Of a stretch of DNA of 22,654 bases, positions 1 to 10,548 are shown in pieces. This DNA is from Chiloscyllium plagiosum. Lineage: Eukaryota. Each line of letters begins with the position of its first letter. Position 1 is the stretch's first letter. The stretch lies in the NCBI RefSeq assembly GCF_004010195.1, contig NC_057758.1, positions 9,930,031 to 9,952,684 on the forward strand, written 5' to 3'. A model generated the notes under the pieces. That model was not told the origin of the DNA, made no database searches, and saw only the letters and a list, made by a program, of their open reading frames with translations. The position numbers and the translations under genes are program-made.

Positions 1-76
1 ATTGTCCTTGGATTGTTTGATGGGAACAATGTTAAGAGAGCTTTGTACGATATCTAACACTGTTTTGAACCTGGAT
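1..76. repeat. Degenerate unit of a shark-type tandem/satellite repeat
   Basis: tgtccttggg-attgtttgatgggaacaatgttaagagagctttgtacgatatctaac resembles, from recall, the common elasmobranch unit gtcctgggagtgtttgatgggacagtgtagagggagctttactctgtatctaac; cut by the window edge. Confidence 0.5.
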
Positions 77-933
77 GGTATGTTTCAGTGTCTATGCAAG
101 GACGGTTGTTGTGATGCTGAATGGCAGGGTCCCTTTCAGCAGAAGAGATTGAAGACTTTGAATGTATTGGATACAGAGGAGCAAAGCTGCCACAGAGAGA
201 ATCTGAGCCTGTGGGATTGGAGAACAGGTAGGGGAAACAAAGCTCAGAATTTCATGGCTAGCTGTTTTTGGAAATGCAATTCTTTTGCCCTGTCGATCAC
301 TCAGGCAGCCAATTGGTTCACCACTTGGAGGCTCACTGCCCAATCTTCATTAGATCCACGTTCACAAATGGATTTCCAGCTGTTTGGAAGACTGAGTAAG
401 CAGTGATTAGGGATTGGAAATCTTATGGAGTTCTACGTAATCCCCACCTACCCACCAAAAAAACATGCAGACAAAGTGGTTTAGAAGGCATATGGAACAC
501 TTTCCTTTATTAGTTGAGGTGTGGAGTTTAAGAAATGGGAGACTTTGGTGGAACTGTATAAAATGTTAGTAAGGCCACAACTACAGTATTGCATACAGTT
601 CTAGAACCCACATTATAGCAGGGATGTGATAGCACTGGGCAGCATACAGAGGAATTTTTTCAGGATATTATCAGTTATGAAATTGAGCAGACTGAGATTG
701 TTTTCCTTGGGACAGAGGAGATATAGAAAGTACATGATTAAAATGTATAATGTTAAGAGGGATTATAGATAGGGTAAACAGAAAAAAACTTTCCCCTTGA
801 TGAAGGGATCAATGATCAGGGAACATAGTTTGAAAGTAAGGAGAGGAGGTTCAAGGATATGTAAGGAAAGTGTTGGGATCTGGAACTCTCTGCCTGCAAA
901 GCTGGTAAAAAACCTTCCAACATTTAAGAAGTA

Positions 934-1146
934 CAAGTTATTCTGCATGTGTCCTCAACGTGGACTCATTGTGACACGATTAACAAATTGGGCACACTAT
1001 CTGTAAAGCCCGTGAAATTTTAAAACATGTGTTGGCTGTAACACAATTTCATCGCCAACACTTTAAGCACTGTTTGTAAAGTACAATTTTTCTATAACAT
1101 GCAGTTGCACAAGAACGCAACCATCGGGTTTTAGAAGAATTGACTG
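934..1146. mobile_element. Tc1/mariner (pogo/Tigger-type) MITE, family A copy 1
   Basis: TA at 932-933 and 1147-1148; degenerate TIRs caagttattctgc / agaattgactg; internal blocks shared with 9339-9538; removal restores CR1 aagaagta|tttagat. Confidence 0.8.
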
Positions 1147-1241
1147 TATTTAGATTTGCACTTGGGATGCCAAGGTATACAAGGCTATGGACAGTGCTGG
1201 AAAATCGAATTAGAATGATTAGGTGATTGTTTTCGACAAGC

Positions 1242-1500
1242 TATTACAAGGGGGCATAGCTTTAAATTAAGGGGGGGTAGGTATAGGACAGATGTTAGGG
1301 GTAGGTTCTTTACTCAGCGAGTCGTGAGTTCATGGAATGCCCTGCCAGTAGCAGTGGTGGACTCTCCCTCATTATGGGCATTTAAGCGGGCATTGGATAG
1401 GTATATGGAGGATAGTGGGCTAGTGTAGGTTAGGTGGGCTTGGATCGGCGCAACATCGAGGGCCGAAGGGCCTGTACTGCGCTGTATTCTTCTATGTTCT
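1242..1500 (+). mobile_element. Young 5'-truncated CR1 3' end
   Basis: ggggcatagctttaaattaagg...tggaatgccctgccag...gggccgaagggcctgtactgcgctgta, tail ttctctatgttct; CpGs retained; aagc on both flanks (1238-1241, 1501-1504). Confidence 0.9.
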
Positions 1501-2989
1501 AAGCACAGACAGCTTGGGCTGAAGGGCCCTTTTCTCTGCCTTAGACGTCTATGACTGCATGACTTTTGGTGGGTGATTGGAGTAGTGGTGGCAATATCTG
1601 AAGGTCTTGAAATTACAGATTGTCCAGTTTTCTTGCTTTAAAGATGCTTCTGACTTTGCTTCCTCTAGATCTGTCCAGCTGCCTGCAGGGGCCGTGCTCT
1701 TCACTCAAGGTGTTACCAATTCTCAGTCCCATTGACTGTGAGGTCAATGCTCCACTCCATGGGGCAAGGCTCCTTCACGGGACAGACCTGCTGCAGGTTC
1801 TGGATCAGGCCAGCTTATACCAGGAGAGCAAGGATTTACCAAACCCCAGCCACATGAAGTGAGTGGACTGCCAGACTTAAGTTATGAGGAATGACTGGAC
1901 TTCGCCCGGAGGGAGTGAGCTCCGATTCCGGGACAGTGGGGACAGCTCGGACAGCGGGGGTCAGTCCCAAAGGCCACAGTTACTGGTGACATCTAAGCCC
2001 TGGTGAAGAAGGGAGATAAATACTATTGGTAACGCAGAAATGGGATTAATGGATTAAATCATTACCAACAAAATATGAAATAGGGTTTAGCCCATAATAA
2101 ACCAACCCACACGTAAGCTTCTCCCTTCAAGATTAAACACTGTTTGCAAATGGGTCTCTTCTAAAGAAATCAACAATCAGGCTTTTCTCACCATGCTCTC
2201 CACCCCCTGGTGGGGAGCTGAGCCTGATCCTCGTTCTATTGTTCCAACTTTAAACAGCTGACTTCAAACAAGCCAAGGCTGAAATCTGAACACTGCCAGT
2301 CCCTGGTTATGCAATATTGAGATACCTAGTACAGATTCTTCAGAAATGGTCATCATTCTCTTTGCATTGAATATCTGTGTGAGAATGAAATAAAAAGTTA
2401 AAATTAAAAGGACAAGTTTGTATTCCTCATTTTAACCCACAGACCGAGTGTGGCAGGTCAATGTAATCACTAGCTCAGTTGGGAGGTTGCACAGAGCTGC
2501 AACATGCGTGGCTACGGCAAAGAAGAGCTGAATGAATTATTCATGAAATGAGCTAAGTCAAAAAACAGATCATGTAGTCTTTATTTTGTAGTCTTTCCCA
2601 AAATGTCTTACTGTATTCCTCATTCTGTCTATGAGAGTTTTACAAATCTGTAAATCACCTACATGACTACTCGGAAACTGCAAACCAGTGCCTAATATTA
2701 AAAAAAACATAATTTAACCCATTGTGTGGGCATAATTGTGCACAGATTCCCTCAGTAATTGTTGCAGGAACACTTTGTGTCCCATCTTGTCAATCATAAT
2801 CTCCAATTATAATTGCAGATTAGATTTTTTTCATTGTAATGCAGACTTGATTTCAAAAGCTTTTTGTTGGCAGGGAGCATGAGGCTCAAGTTTGCCTGGG
2901 GTGCCTGATTCTCCAGCCCTGGAGCATAGCAGCTTTTCTGAACAAAATGAGGACTAGTTTCAAAATGTAAAACTGGTTAAGGACTCATT

Positions 2990-3156
2990 GCCTACTTGGG
3001 GATCCTTTCTGTCAGCATTGTGTATGGACCTACGCCGGATGAACTACAGTCATTCATGAAAGTTGCTGACCACCCCTCTTCTCAAGGGGCAATTAGGGTT
3101 GGACAATAAATGTTGGCCAAAGCAGCTACATTTGCATCCCAAGGAAGCATTCAAAA
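2990..3156 (+). mobile_element. Old CR1/L2-clade LINE 3' tail
   Basis: cttctcaaggggcaattagggttggacaataaatgttggcc matches the tail at 13414-13480 in this window. Confidence 0.75.
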
Positions 3157-3834
3157 GTCAAAGCCCATTGAGAATCTGGCAATGTGAAGCCCCACCCCCC
3201 ACCACTACAAAAAAGAAATATTGTACAGTTTCAGAAATTTAAAGAATTGGACAGTGACATGCTGATTTTCACGTTCTGAAGCCCAACGCATTTATACTGA
3301 GTATGCATGCAGAAAGTCAGCATGACAATCAACTTGACTGCAGTTGGCTACTTTTGTTGTCTTAATTCATCACTAGAAACTCCCCCCATCTACGATGTCA
3401 AACATATTCACAACGAACATTGTTTATTATTTCTCTGAAATTTCCAATGAAATGGGTTGTTTTACAGCGGTGGAGGAGGTGGGAAAATCTACAAAAGTCA
3501 AAGACTATTTTGAAGAAGCCTGGAAAATAAACTTGCTCTGGGATACATTCAGGATCCAGTCAATTGCAGTTCCTCCTCATGCTTGGTGCTGGAGCTCTGA
3601 TGTTGAAGCTCTGATGTTGAAGCTGAGACTCCACTGGGTCAGGTGAGAGGGCCAATGGAAGGGTCTCATTTCAAATTAGACTGAATTACTACTCAGGGAA
3701 GGGAAGATTGGCTATGAAAGGCTTAAATAACTGCTCTGGTCTGTTAAATCGTCCAGGAATGGACATTAACAGGTCCTTGTTGACAGAAATTGTGCCTTTT
3801 GCTCTGTATTGGTCTTTACAGGTCATTGATGTCT

Positions 3835-5570
3835 TCACAGTTGGTAGCTGGCCATCCCACTCTGTTCTTCTGATAGAAGTGGACTGGTCATCTTTAAGAA
3901 TCTCAGTTGGTTTAAACATTTCTTGATGAGTAGATCAGCAACAGCTTTTCCCCAAGGTAATGGCTCATGGCTGGATCTAGAAACCTTCAGAATCTTCCCC
4001 CAAACATGTCCAGTATCCAATCCAGTCCCCGTGCCTGGGGTTTCTGATTCAACTTTGACGTTCAGAGTGTGACTAGAGGCTGTTGTCAGGTTCTTCTTGA
4101 CAGGAGCTCGGAGTTTGTCCATTACTGGGACATGGAAACAATCAAAGATTGATGGCAAAATCTTGGTCCAGAGTTCCAACATTGGCTCTGAGAATCCTGA
4201 CCACGCCTTCTTTTCAGGAATCGTTTTCGGATTGGGAGGGAATATTTCATCAAGTGGTATCTCAACAAAGTCATCACACTTTGTTGATCTCATGTGGTTT
4301 GGAGTTCCAAAAGGTGGTTCTGATTTCCACTCTAAGTTTGAGGCAGACAGAGATGGTGCTGACAGCACTCTTGCATTTTGACAGTGTCTAGGGACTGATG
4401 TTAGGCTTGAGGTCTGGTTTACAGAATGATTTTTGTTTGTATTGAATTCAGGTCTCAGTAGGCCAGTGAGATGTGAAATAAGGCAGGAGTTATCATTTTC
4501 CACTGTCTTGGGATGCCATCTATTCTGTTCACTTATTCTTGTTGTTATCCTCAACCATACAGAGTATTCTCCAATTGAACTCTTTGGCTGACCAACTAAC
4601 CAAGCAGTGGTAACTTCCGGCTGAGGAGTTGTGAGTCGAACCTCACCATTCTGACCAGTTAAGCCTTTCAGGCTTGAGTTTGGTTTTGGTGGTTTGTCTT
4701 GCAGACAACTCCAGAAATTTGAGGTCTGGTGGAAAGGTTGACTTTCCCTAACAACTGGAGCCCACATCCCGAGTGCCTGGGTTAAATGGGGAGGTGATGA
4801 CAAAGTTTTATTTTCTTCAATGGTATAGTTTACTAGGCATGCACCCAAAGAATTAGAATCAGACACAGATGAAAAACCTGGATTCAACCTGGGCTCCATT
4901 ACAGACTGGGGTGTGTGAGGGCTTATCAGACAATGAGGAACACTACATTTCTCTGGATATCCATTATAGTTCGTGTTAGACTCTCTAGACACTCTTCTTT
5001 CTGCGGAGACACAGGGAGATTTCAGCCTCTGATCAACTTGGCAATCAAGGCTTAAGTTCACGTTGGGCAGAGGAATGGAGGGTTGGACATCGAGGGAGAC
5101 TGAAGCTAGAGACCCATTGCGGGGGAGGATAGAGCAGGAACCTGAAGGCACAATGAAGGAGCACTGTGCACTGTCTCCCTGGGTATTTAAGCTGGAAAGC
5201 GATTTATCTTTAGGCTGGGTCTCTGTTTGAGGGAATAGGTACTCAGTGGCAGCTGTCATCTGGATGGGAAACAGAGAAGGCAGCGAGAGACGTGGGAGTA
5301 AGAGGACTGAAAGTGTTGTTAGTTGTCCCTTGATTAACGTTTGACTCCTGGTAAAGAGATGGTCACAGGCCCTGGCCTGAGAATGGGAAAATGCTGAAAA
5401 CCAAACAGATTTGTTCAAACTAGAAGTGGTGTATCTGGATTGAGATGGGACAAAATGGACCCTCTTGTGATCAACTTTCTCTCTTTGTTGTTTCCTCTTC
5501 ATAGTGATACTTGGCAGTGCTTGTATGATGAGGAGACAGGTCATAATGGCAAACACAAACAACAACAAAT
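3835..5570 (-). CDS. Large coding exon of an unidentified membrane protein (TM helix plus about 555-aa S/P/T-rich region)
   Basis: 1782-nt ORF (3835-5616) in non-repeat DNA; pyrimidine-rich acceptor tgcttcttcgcctgcctcctacag| with exon start at 5570 (phase 1); begins DLLLFVFAIMTCLLIIQAL then basic KRKQQREK; no domain recognised. Confidence 0.65.
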
Positions 5571-6258
5571 CTGTAGGAGGCAGGCGAAGAAGCATTTGAG
5601 TAGAGAAAGTAAACATTTAAACAACTGGATCAATGCAAAAGAAATTTACCTGGATATATGGGTTCTACAACAGTAAATACTCTTTATAAAACTTGCGAAT
5701 TAATCCCTAGCCAAGTTCTTAGCTCAGCAATATTCAGCTTAGCTGAGACCAAGCTCTGGGGATGTCACCACTCAACTCACTGGCCTCTCAGGCTTTATCA
5801 ATGCTGGGAAGGAACCACAAATGGTGTGGGCACAAGGACTATCAACAACCAGCATAATATTCAGCGGGACTGATGCGCTAGGAATCTCAGGTAAAAAACA
5901 ACCTCAAACAACCAGGGGGCTTGCTGTTAAAGTGAGGGTCTGCTCACTAATCTAATGCCTATCCTGAGTGTGACTAATATTGGGGATTTGTGTTGGCAGA
6001 ATGTGTGCTGCAATCAACAGCCATTGGGGAGTGGTAACTACGTACTGTAGATTTGTGGGGTTATGTTCTCCCTCATATTCCATACAGTTTCTACCTTGTG
6101 ACATCCTGCTCAAACATATTAAGAGAACTTGTTACATTCGTCATGTTAAACCTCAATTGCTAAAAGCAGAAACGCAACTCTATCCTCAAAACAATTAAAA
6201 CGAGTTTCAACAAATTAGAATCAGTGTTGTTCATGGTGGGATGCAAAGGGTTAAAAAG

Positions 6259-6524
6259 AACCAGAAGCTCACTACAAGACATGGAGTCTGCAGATGGAAT
6301 AAAAATCAGGAAGTGCTGGGGAAACTCCACAACTCTGGAGAATCTGTGGAGAGAGAAAAACAAAGAGAATGTTTCTCGTGCAATACAATGCTTCTTTGGA
6401 AATGTCATATTAGATGGAAATTTTTATTGTTTCTCCATCACAGAGGAGGCTGGAGCTACTGAGTGTCTCTAGCATTTTCTGTTTTTATTTCAAATCTCCA
6501 ACATTGACAGTATTTTGCTTTTGT
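6259..6524. mobile_element. Old head-to-head Penelope pseudo-LTR hairpin remnant
   Basis: Left arm aataaaaatcaggaagtgctgg...ctgtggagagagaaaaac is a diverged reverse complement of right arm gtttctccatcacag...ctagcattttctgtttttatt; ends cagtattttgcttttg like PLE 3' termini. Confidence 0.65.
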
Positions 6525-6836
6525 TAGTAACTGATAAGGGAGTGAGCCTCGTGAACACTGTTTGTACTGAATGGTAAATACAGATACTTCATCCATGTAA
6601 CCCTTAAGTAAAATAAATCACAGGTTTCATTTTGACTCGTACAAATCTGGTTCAGTGTTCTACCCAATACACATTGGGTGATGGGACTTCCATACAGCTT
6701 ACAGTTGAATTTAACATCCAGATCCAGACCTAGACTATCTCTGATCTGCAATACCAAACGTTGATGTCCTGAATGACTAACTTTAAACATAGATGGCAGA
6801 GGTAATGAGAGGTGGCTTGACACTCTCACTTCTTAC

Positions 6837-6982
6837 CGTGGGGGTGAAGATTTGGGTACTCTGAGACCTCCTCCACTTGCATTTTCATAGCTGGAAGACA
6901 TTCATCCCTCATAAAGAAGTAGGAAAAGCTCTTCCCCAAGGCTGCCCACAACAGCACTCATATGAACAGTTCTGGAACATCC
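6837..6982 (-). CDS. Candidate upstream exon of the same gene; in-frame TGA at 6958-6960, open from ATG 6912
   Basis: Acceptor ggtaacag| and strong donor CACG|gtaaga; the terminal G joins AT of the 5570 exon to make GAT in frame; translation DVPELFI*VLLWAALGKSFSYFFMRDECLPAMKMQVEEVSEYPNLHPH. Confidence 0.55.
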
Positions 6983-7099
6983 CTGTTACCACGTGACAGA
7001 ACAGCAAACTCTGTGACATCACTTAGTGACCACTGACCAGGAGAGAAGCCAAAGTCATCACTGGATGACCACTAACTGTACAAGAATGGGATGAGTGAC

Positions 7100-7170
7100 A
7101 CACAGCCATGATTGAATGTTGGAGCAGATGTGATGGGCCTATATTCTGCTCTTATGTCTTATGGTCTTAA
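7100..7170 (+). mobile_element. CR1-type 3' tail fragment
   Basis: agccatgattgaatgttggagcagatgtgatgggcc...ttctgctcttatgtcttatggtctta. Confidence 0.7.
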
Positions 7171-7782
7171 GGAAGGCAAGACTTTGCTGCCTGGTAACAC
7201 GATGTTGATGTGAACAAATGAGATGGTGCTATACCAGAGGTGGAGAAAGCAAACAGGTGAGACAAGTAGTTGCTGCATGGGTGAACAAGTGAGATAATTC
7301 TACCTTTTTGGGGGCAGGGAAAGATAGATGGGATAGTACCAATTATGGAGGGGAACAGGTGAGACAGTGCCACGTGGGAGGGGCATGGACCTAACAAAAT
7401 GGGTCAAAGTGGGCTGGACATCAGAATATGATTAAGACATAGGAATCTGTCATCCCTACTACATTGTTCAGATTTAAGGCAGGTAGCAAGATTGTATGAA
7501 ACCATTCACCAAAGCTTTAGTTAAATACAGAGAAATTTCTAATATTTACTTATCCAATGATGGACTTTCTTTTATGCTAGAAGATTGGTTTTGATGTGTG
7601 AAGAGTTTCTTGTATTGTTGACAGTACAAGGGTAGGGGTTGCCATAGGCTGGTGAGGGAATTGGTTCTAATTTCGGGTTCCATGACTCCTTTATTTCCCC
7701 AAGGTCTGATCATCAATCATTCAAGCCATCTTAGGAATCTTGTGTCCATCTCCAGGAAATTTCCTTAATTCAGGAATCTGAC

Positions 7783-7916
7783 CTGGAAGGTTTGTTCCAA
7801 TCCATCTCCCGAGCTATATTCTTCTCACTGTCTGCTGACTCCTTGATGACTTGCATTACCAAAGCATTCCTGTGCCGGGTGGCATTGAGCTGGCTCGGAT
7901 TTGATTCAGGCAAGTC
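7783..7916 (-). CDS. Candidate further-upstream exon (alternative donor at 7550)
   Basis: Acceptor ttttttgttggtttaatacacag|; open frame DLPESNPSQLNATRHRNALVMQVIKESADSEKNIAREMDWNKPS; both donors (AG|gtcaga at 7783, AA|gtaaat at 7550) are phase 2 in their local open frames, matching the 6982 acceptor. Confidence 0.4.
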
Positions 7917-8105
7917 CTGTGTATTAAACCAACAAAAAATTCAAGTCACAACATAATTCACAGAACACACGAAGCACCAAAGCTTCCTTCAGATTATCCC
8001 AAAATCTGCTATGCTTACTCTCCCCACATACTCTGCCTGGGGTGTGATAAGCAGAACTGAGCATAAGGGTACAGGAAATAAGTGCAGAATTAGGTCATTT
8101 GACCC

Positions 8106-8222
8106 GGGAAGAAAGTGCAGATGCTGGAGATCAGAGCTGAAAATGTGTTGCTGGAAAAGCGCAGCAGGTCAGGCAGCATCCAAGGAGCAGGAGAATCGAC
8201 GTTTCGGGCATGAGCCCGAAAA
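8106..8222 (-). mobile_element. Short Penelope pseudo-LTR 3' end insertion
   Basis: Exact 11-bp TSD tcatttgaccc (8095-8105, 8223-8233); minus strand reads gggctcatgcccgaaacgtcgattctcctgctcc...ccagcatctgcac. Confidence 0.9.
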
Positions 8223-9009
8223 TCATTTGACCCCTCAAGGCTGTCCTGCTATTCAGTAAAACCATGGCTGTTCTGCCCAGGCCTTGACAGCTCCCTTGTG
8301 CCAGCTCAGTATTACTCTCAATTCCCAATATTTCCACCTCCTCTTTAAATATTTTCAGTGATGTAGCCTCCACATTTCTGGGATAGAGAATACCACACAT
8401 TCACTATCCTCTGGAAGAAGACCTCAGTTCTAAGACATTCACATTTCAGTTTTAAATGAGCGTCCCCTTATTCTGTACTAATATGCCCTAGGTGATGATT
8501 CCTCACTAGTGGAAACATCTTCTCAACATCTACCCTTGTCAAATTCCCCTCATTCTTACAACATTACCCCTCATTTTTCTAAAATTTAATGAATAAAAGC
8601 CTAACCTGCTTAGCCGTTCTTGTTAAATGTACGTTTTCATCCCAGCAATCAGCCTGGTGAATTTCTTTTGAACAGCCTGCAATGCCAGTGTATCTTTTCC
8701 AAATACAGTGACCAAAACTGTACACAGTGCTCCAGGTTTGTCTTCACCAAAACCTGCACAATTGTATCAAGACTTCCCTGTTTGTAAACTCCAAGCCCCT
8801 AGCAATAATGGTCAAATTTCCATTTGCCTCCTTTATTACTTGCTGCATTTAGATACACAAGAACACCCAGATCCCTTTCTCCACTTTCTCTCCATTTAAA
8901 TAATAGTCAGCCTTTTGACTCTTCTTATCAAAGTGCATTATCTCACAGTTTCCTACACTGAACTCCAACTTCCAAGATTTTGCCAACTCACTCAACCTAT
9001 CTATCTATA

Positions 9010-9231
9010 CAGGGTGAACGCCGCATCCATGGAATCGTTTCCCGTGGTTTCAGTTACCCGTGGTTTACCATAACCCGAACATATTATAGGGAATTTTCTG
9101 GGACCAGAGACCAGGAGGCTGTCGGGAAGGTAAATTTCTCATATAAATGAATGGGTTTGCTCTTATGCGGCATTTCGGGCTTCTGCAGTAGGTTTAGGAA
9201 CGTATCCCCCGTGAGTACAGGGGGAGTACTA
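9010..9231. mobile_element. Tigger-type MITE resembling MER44/Tigger7
   Basis: TA at 9008-9009 and 9232-9233; ends cagggtgaacgccgcatccatgg and ccccgtgagtacagggggagtacta; subterminal motifs gtggtttcagttacccgtgg and ggaacgtatccccc recalled from MER44. Confidence 0.75.
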
Positions 9232-9338
9232 TATCTCCCTGTAAATTCCTCATGTCTTAATCACAACATGCCCTCCCACCTATTTTTGTATCATCAACGG
9301 ATATGGATATCTCTTCCCTTCCTCCAAATCATCACTGA

Positions 9339-9538
9339 CAGGTCGTTCTGCTAGAATGCACATTTTGTTAATGCGAATTCGCTGTAACGCAATTGACAAA
9401 TTGGGGACAAATTTCTAAAGTGCATCTTTTAAAAGGTGTGTTGGCTGTAACGGTGATTATGCTATTTCTAAAGCGCGATTTTTCTATCATGCAGGGTTGC
9501 ACAAGAATGCAACCATCACGTTATAGAAGAACTACCTG
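9339..9538. mobile_element. Tc1/mariner (pogo/Tigger-type) MITE, family A copy 2
   Basis: TIRs caggtcgttctgctagaatg / cgttatagaagaactacctg (about 16 of 20 paired); TA on the right, GA on the left. Confidence 0.85.
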
Positions 9539-10548
9539 TAGATGGTAAATAATTAAGGCCCTAGGCCTCATCTTTTGGAACTTCACTAGTTAAATCTTTC
9601 CAACTTAAAAAGACACATTATACACTCTTTGCCTTCTATGTTAACCAATCCTCCAATCATACTAATATATTACTACCCATTATCACAAGCTCCTCTCCTG
9701 GTGCAATAATCTTTTCAGTCACACATTATTGACATGTTCTGTAAATCTAAGTGTACTACATCTACTGGTTTCCCTTTATCAATTCTGCTTGTTATACCCT
9801 CAAAGAACATAGCAGATTTGTTAAATATGATTCCCTTTTCATAAAACAACACTGATTCTGTTTGATTGCATTAAGCTTTTCTAAATGCCCTGCTTTTTTT
9901 TCCCATAATAATGGACTCAGGCATTTTCTGAACAAGAGATATTAGGCTAACTGGTGAGTAATTTCCTGCTTTCTGTATCTCTGCCTTCTTAAATGCGAGC
10001 ACAACATTAGCAGTCTTCCAATCCCCTGGAACCCTCCCAGAATCCGGTGAGTTCTGGAATATTTTGACTAATACCTCCACTATCTCTTTAAATTCCTTCC
10101 TTTAAATCCCTTGATGCAGGCCATCAGTTCCTGGCAACCTGTTTGCCTTCAGTCCTACTAGTTTGTCAAATACTTTGTCCTGCATGATGCAGATCATTGC
10201 AAGATCTTTTCTCCCATTACTACCATGCTTATTTGTTATCTTTGGTGTGTTTTTTTGTTCCCCACGGAAGACGACACTAAATATTGGTTTAAATGATCTA
10301 CCATGTCCCTGTTATTAGTTTTGCAGTCATATCCTACAAGGGTCCCACACTCACTTTAGCTACTCTCATTTTTTAATACCTATACAAGCTCTTGCTGTTT
10401 GTTTTATATTTCTTGCTAATTGTCTTTCATTTCCAAGTTTCTCCTTTTTTATTAGCTTTTAAGTTATCTGCTGCTGGTTACTAAAAAATTCCCAATCCTC
10501 TGGTCTACCACAAGTCTTTGTCACTTTACACGCCTTAGCCTGTGACTG

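Larger units (their letters stand above)
467..1565 (+). mobile_element. Old CR1 LINE 3' fragment (RT C-terminus and tail), interrupted by a MITE (934-1146) and a younger CR1 (1242-1500)
   Basis: Decayed CR1 ORF2 end (ctgtataaaatgttagtaaggccacaactacagtattgcatacagttct; translation VGIWNSLP); tail ends ctatgactgcatgact; host reads continuously once the inserts are removed. Confidence 0.85.

Noticed and set aside
2..406. 134-aa plus-strand ORF with a possible exon at 89-227 (ttcag|...ACAG|gtaggg)
   Set aside because: Starts in a satellite remnant, weak polypyrimidine tract, no recognisable homology or partner exons in the window
2470..2520. tRNA A-box-like tagctcagttgg
   Set aside because: No B box or cloverleaf follows
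4097..4391. Plus-strand ORFs opposite the large exon
   Set aside because: Short antisense shadows with no independent support
6958..6960. In-frame TGA read as selenocysteine
   Set aside because: No SECIS or redox motif recognised; nearby lesions include TAG/TAA and frameshifts, so CGA-to-TGA decay is simpler
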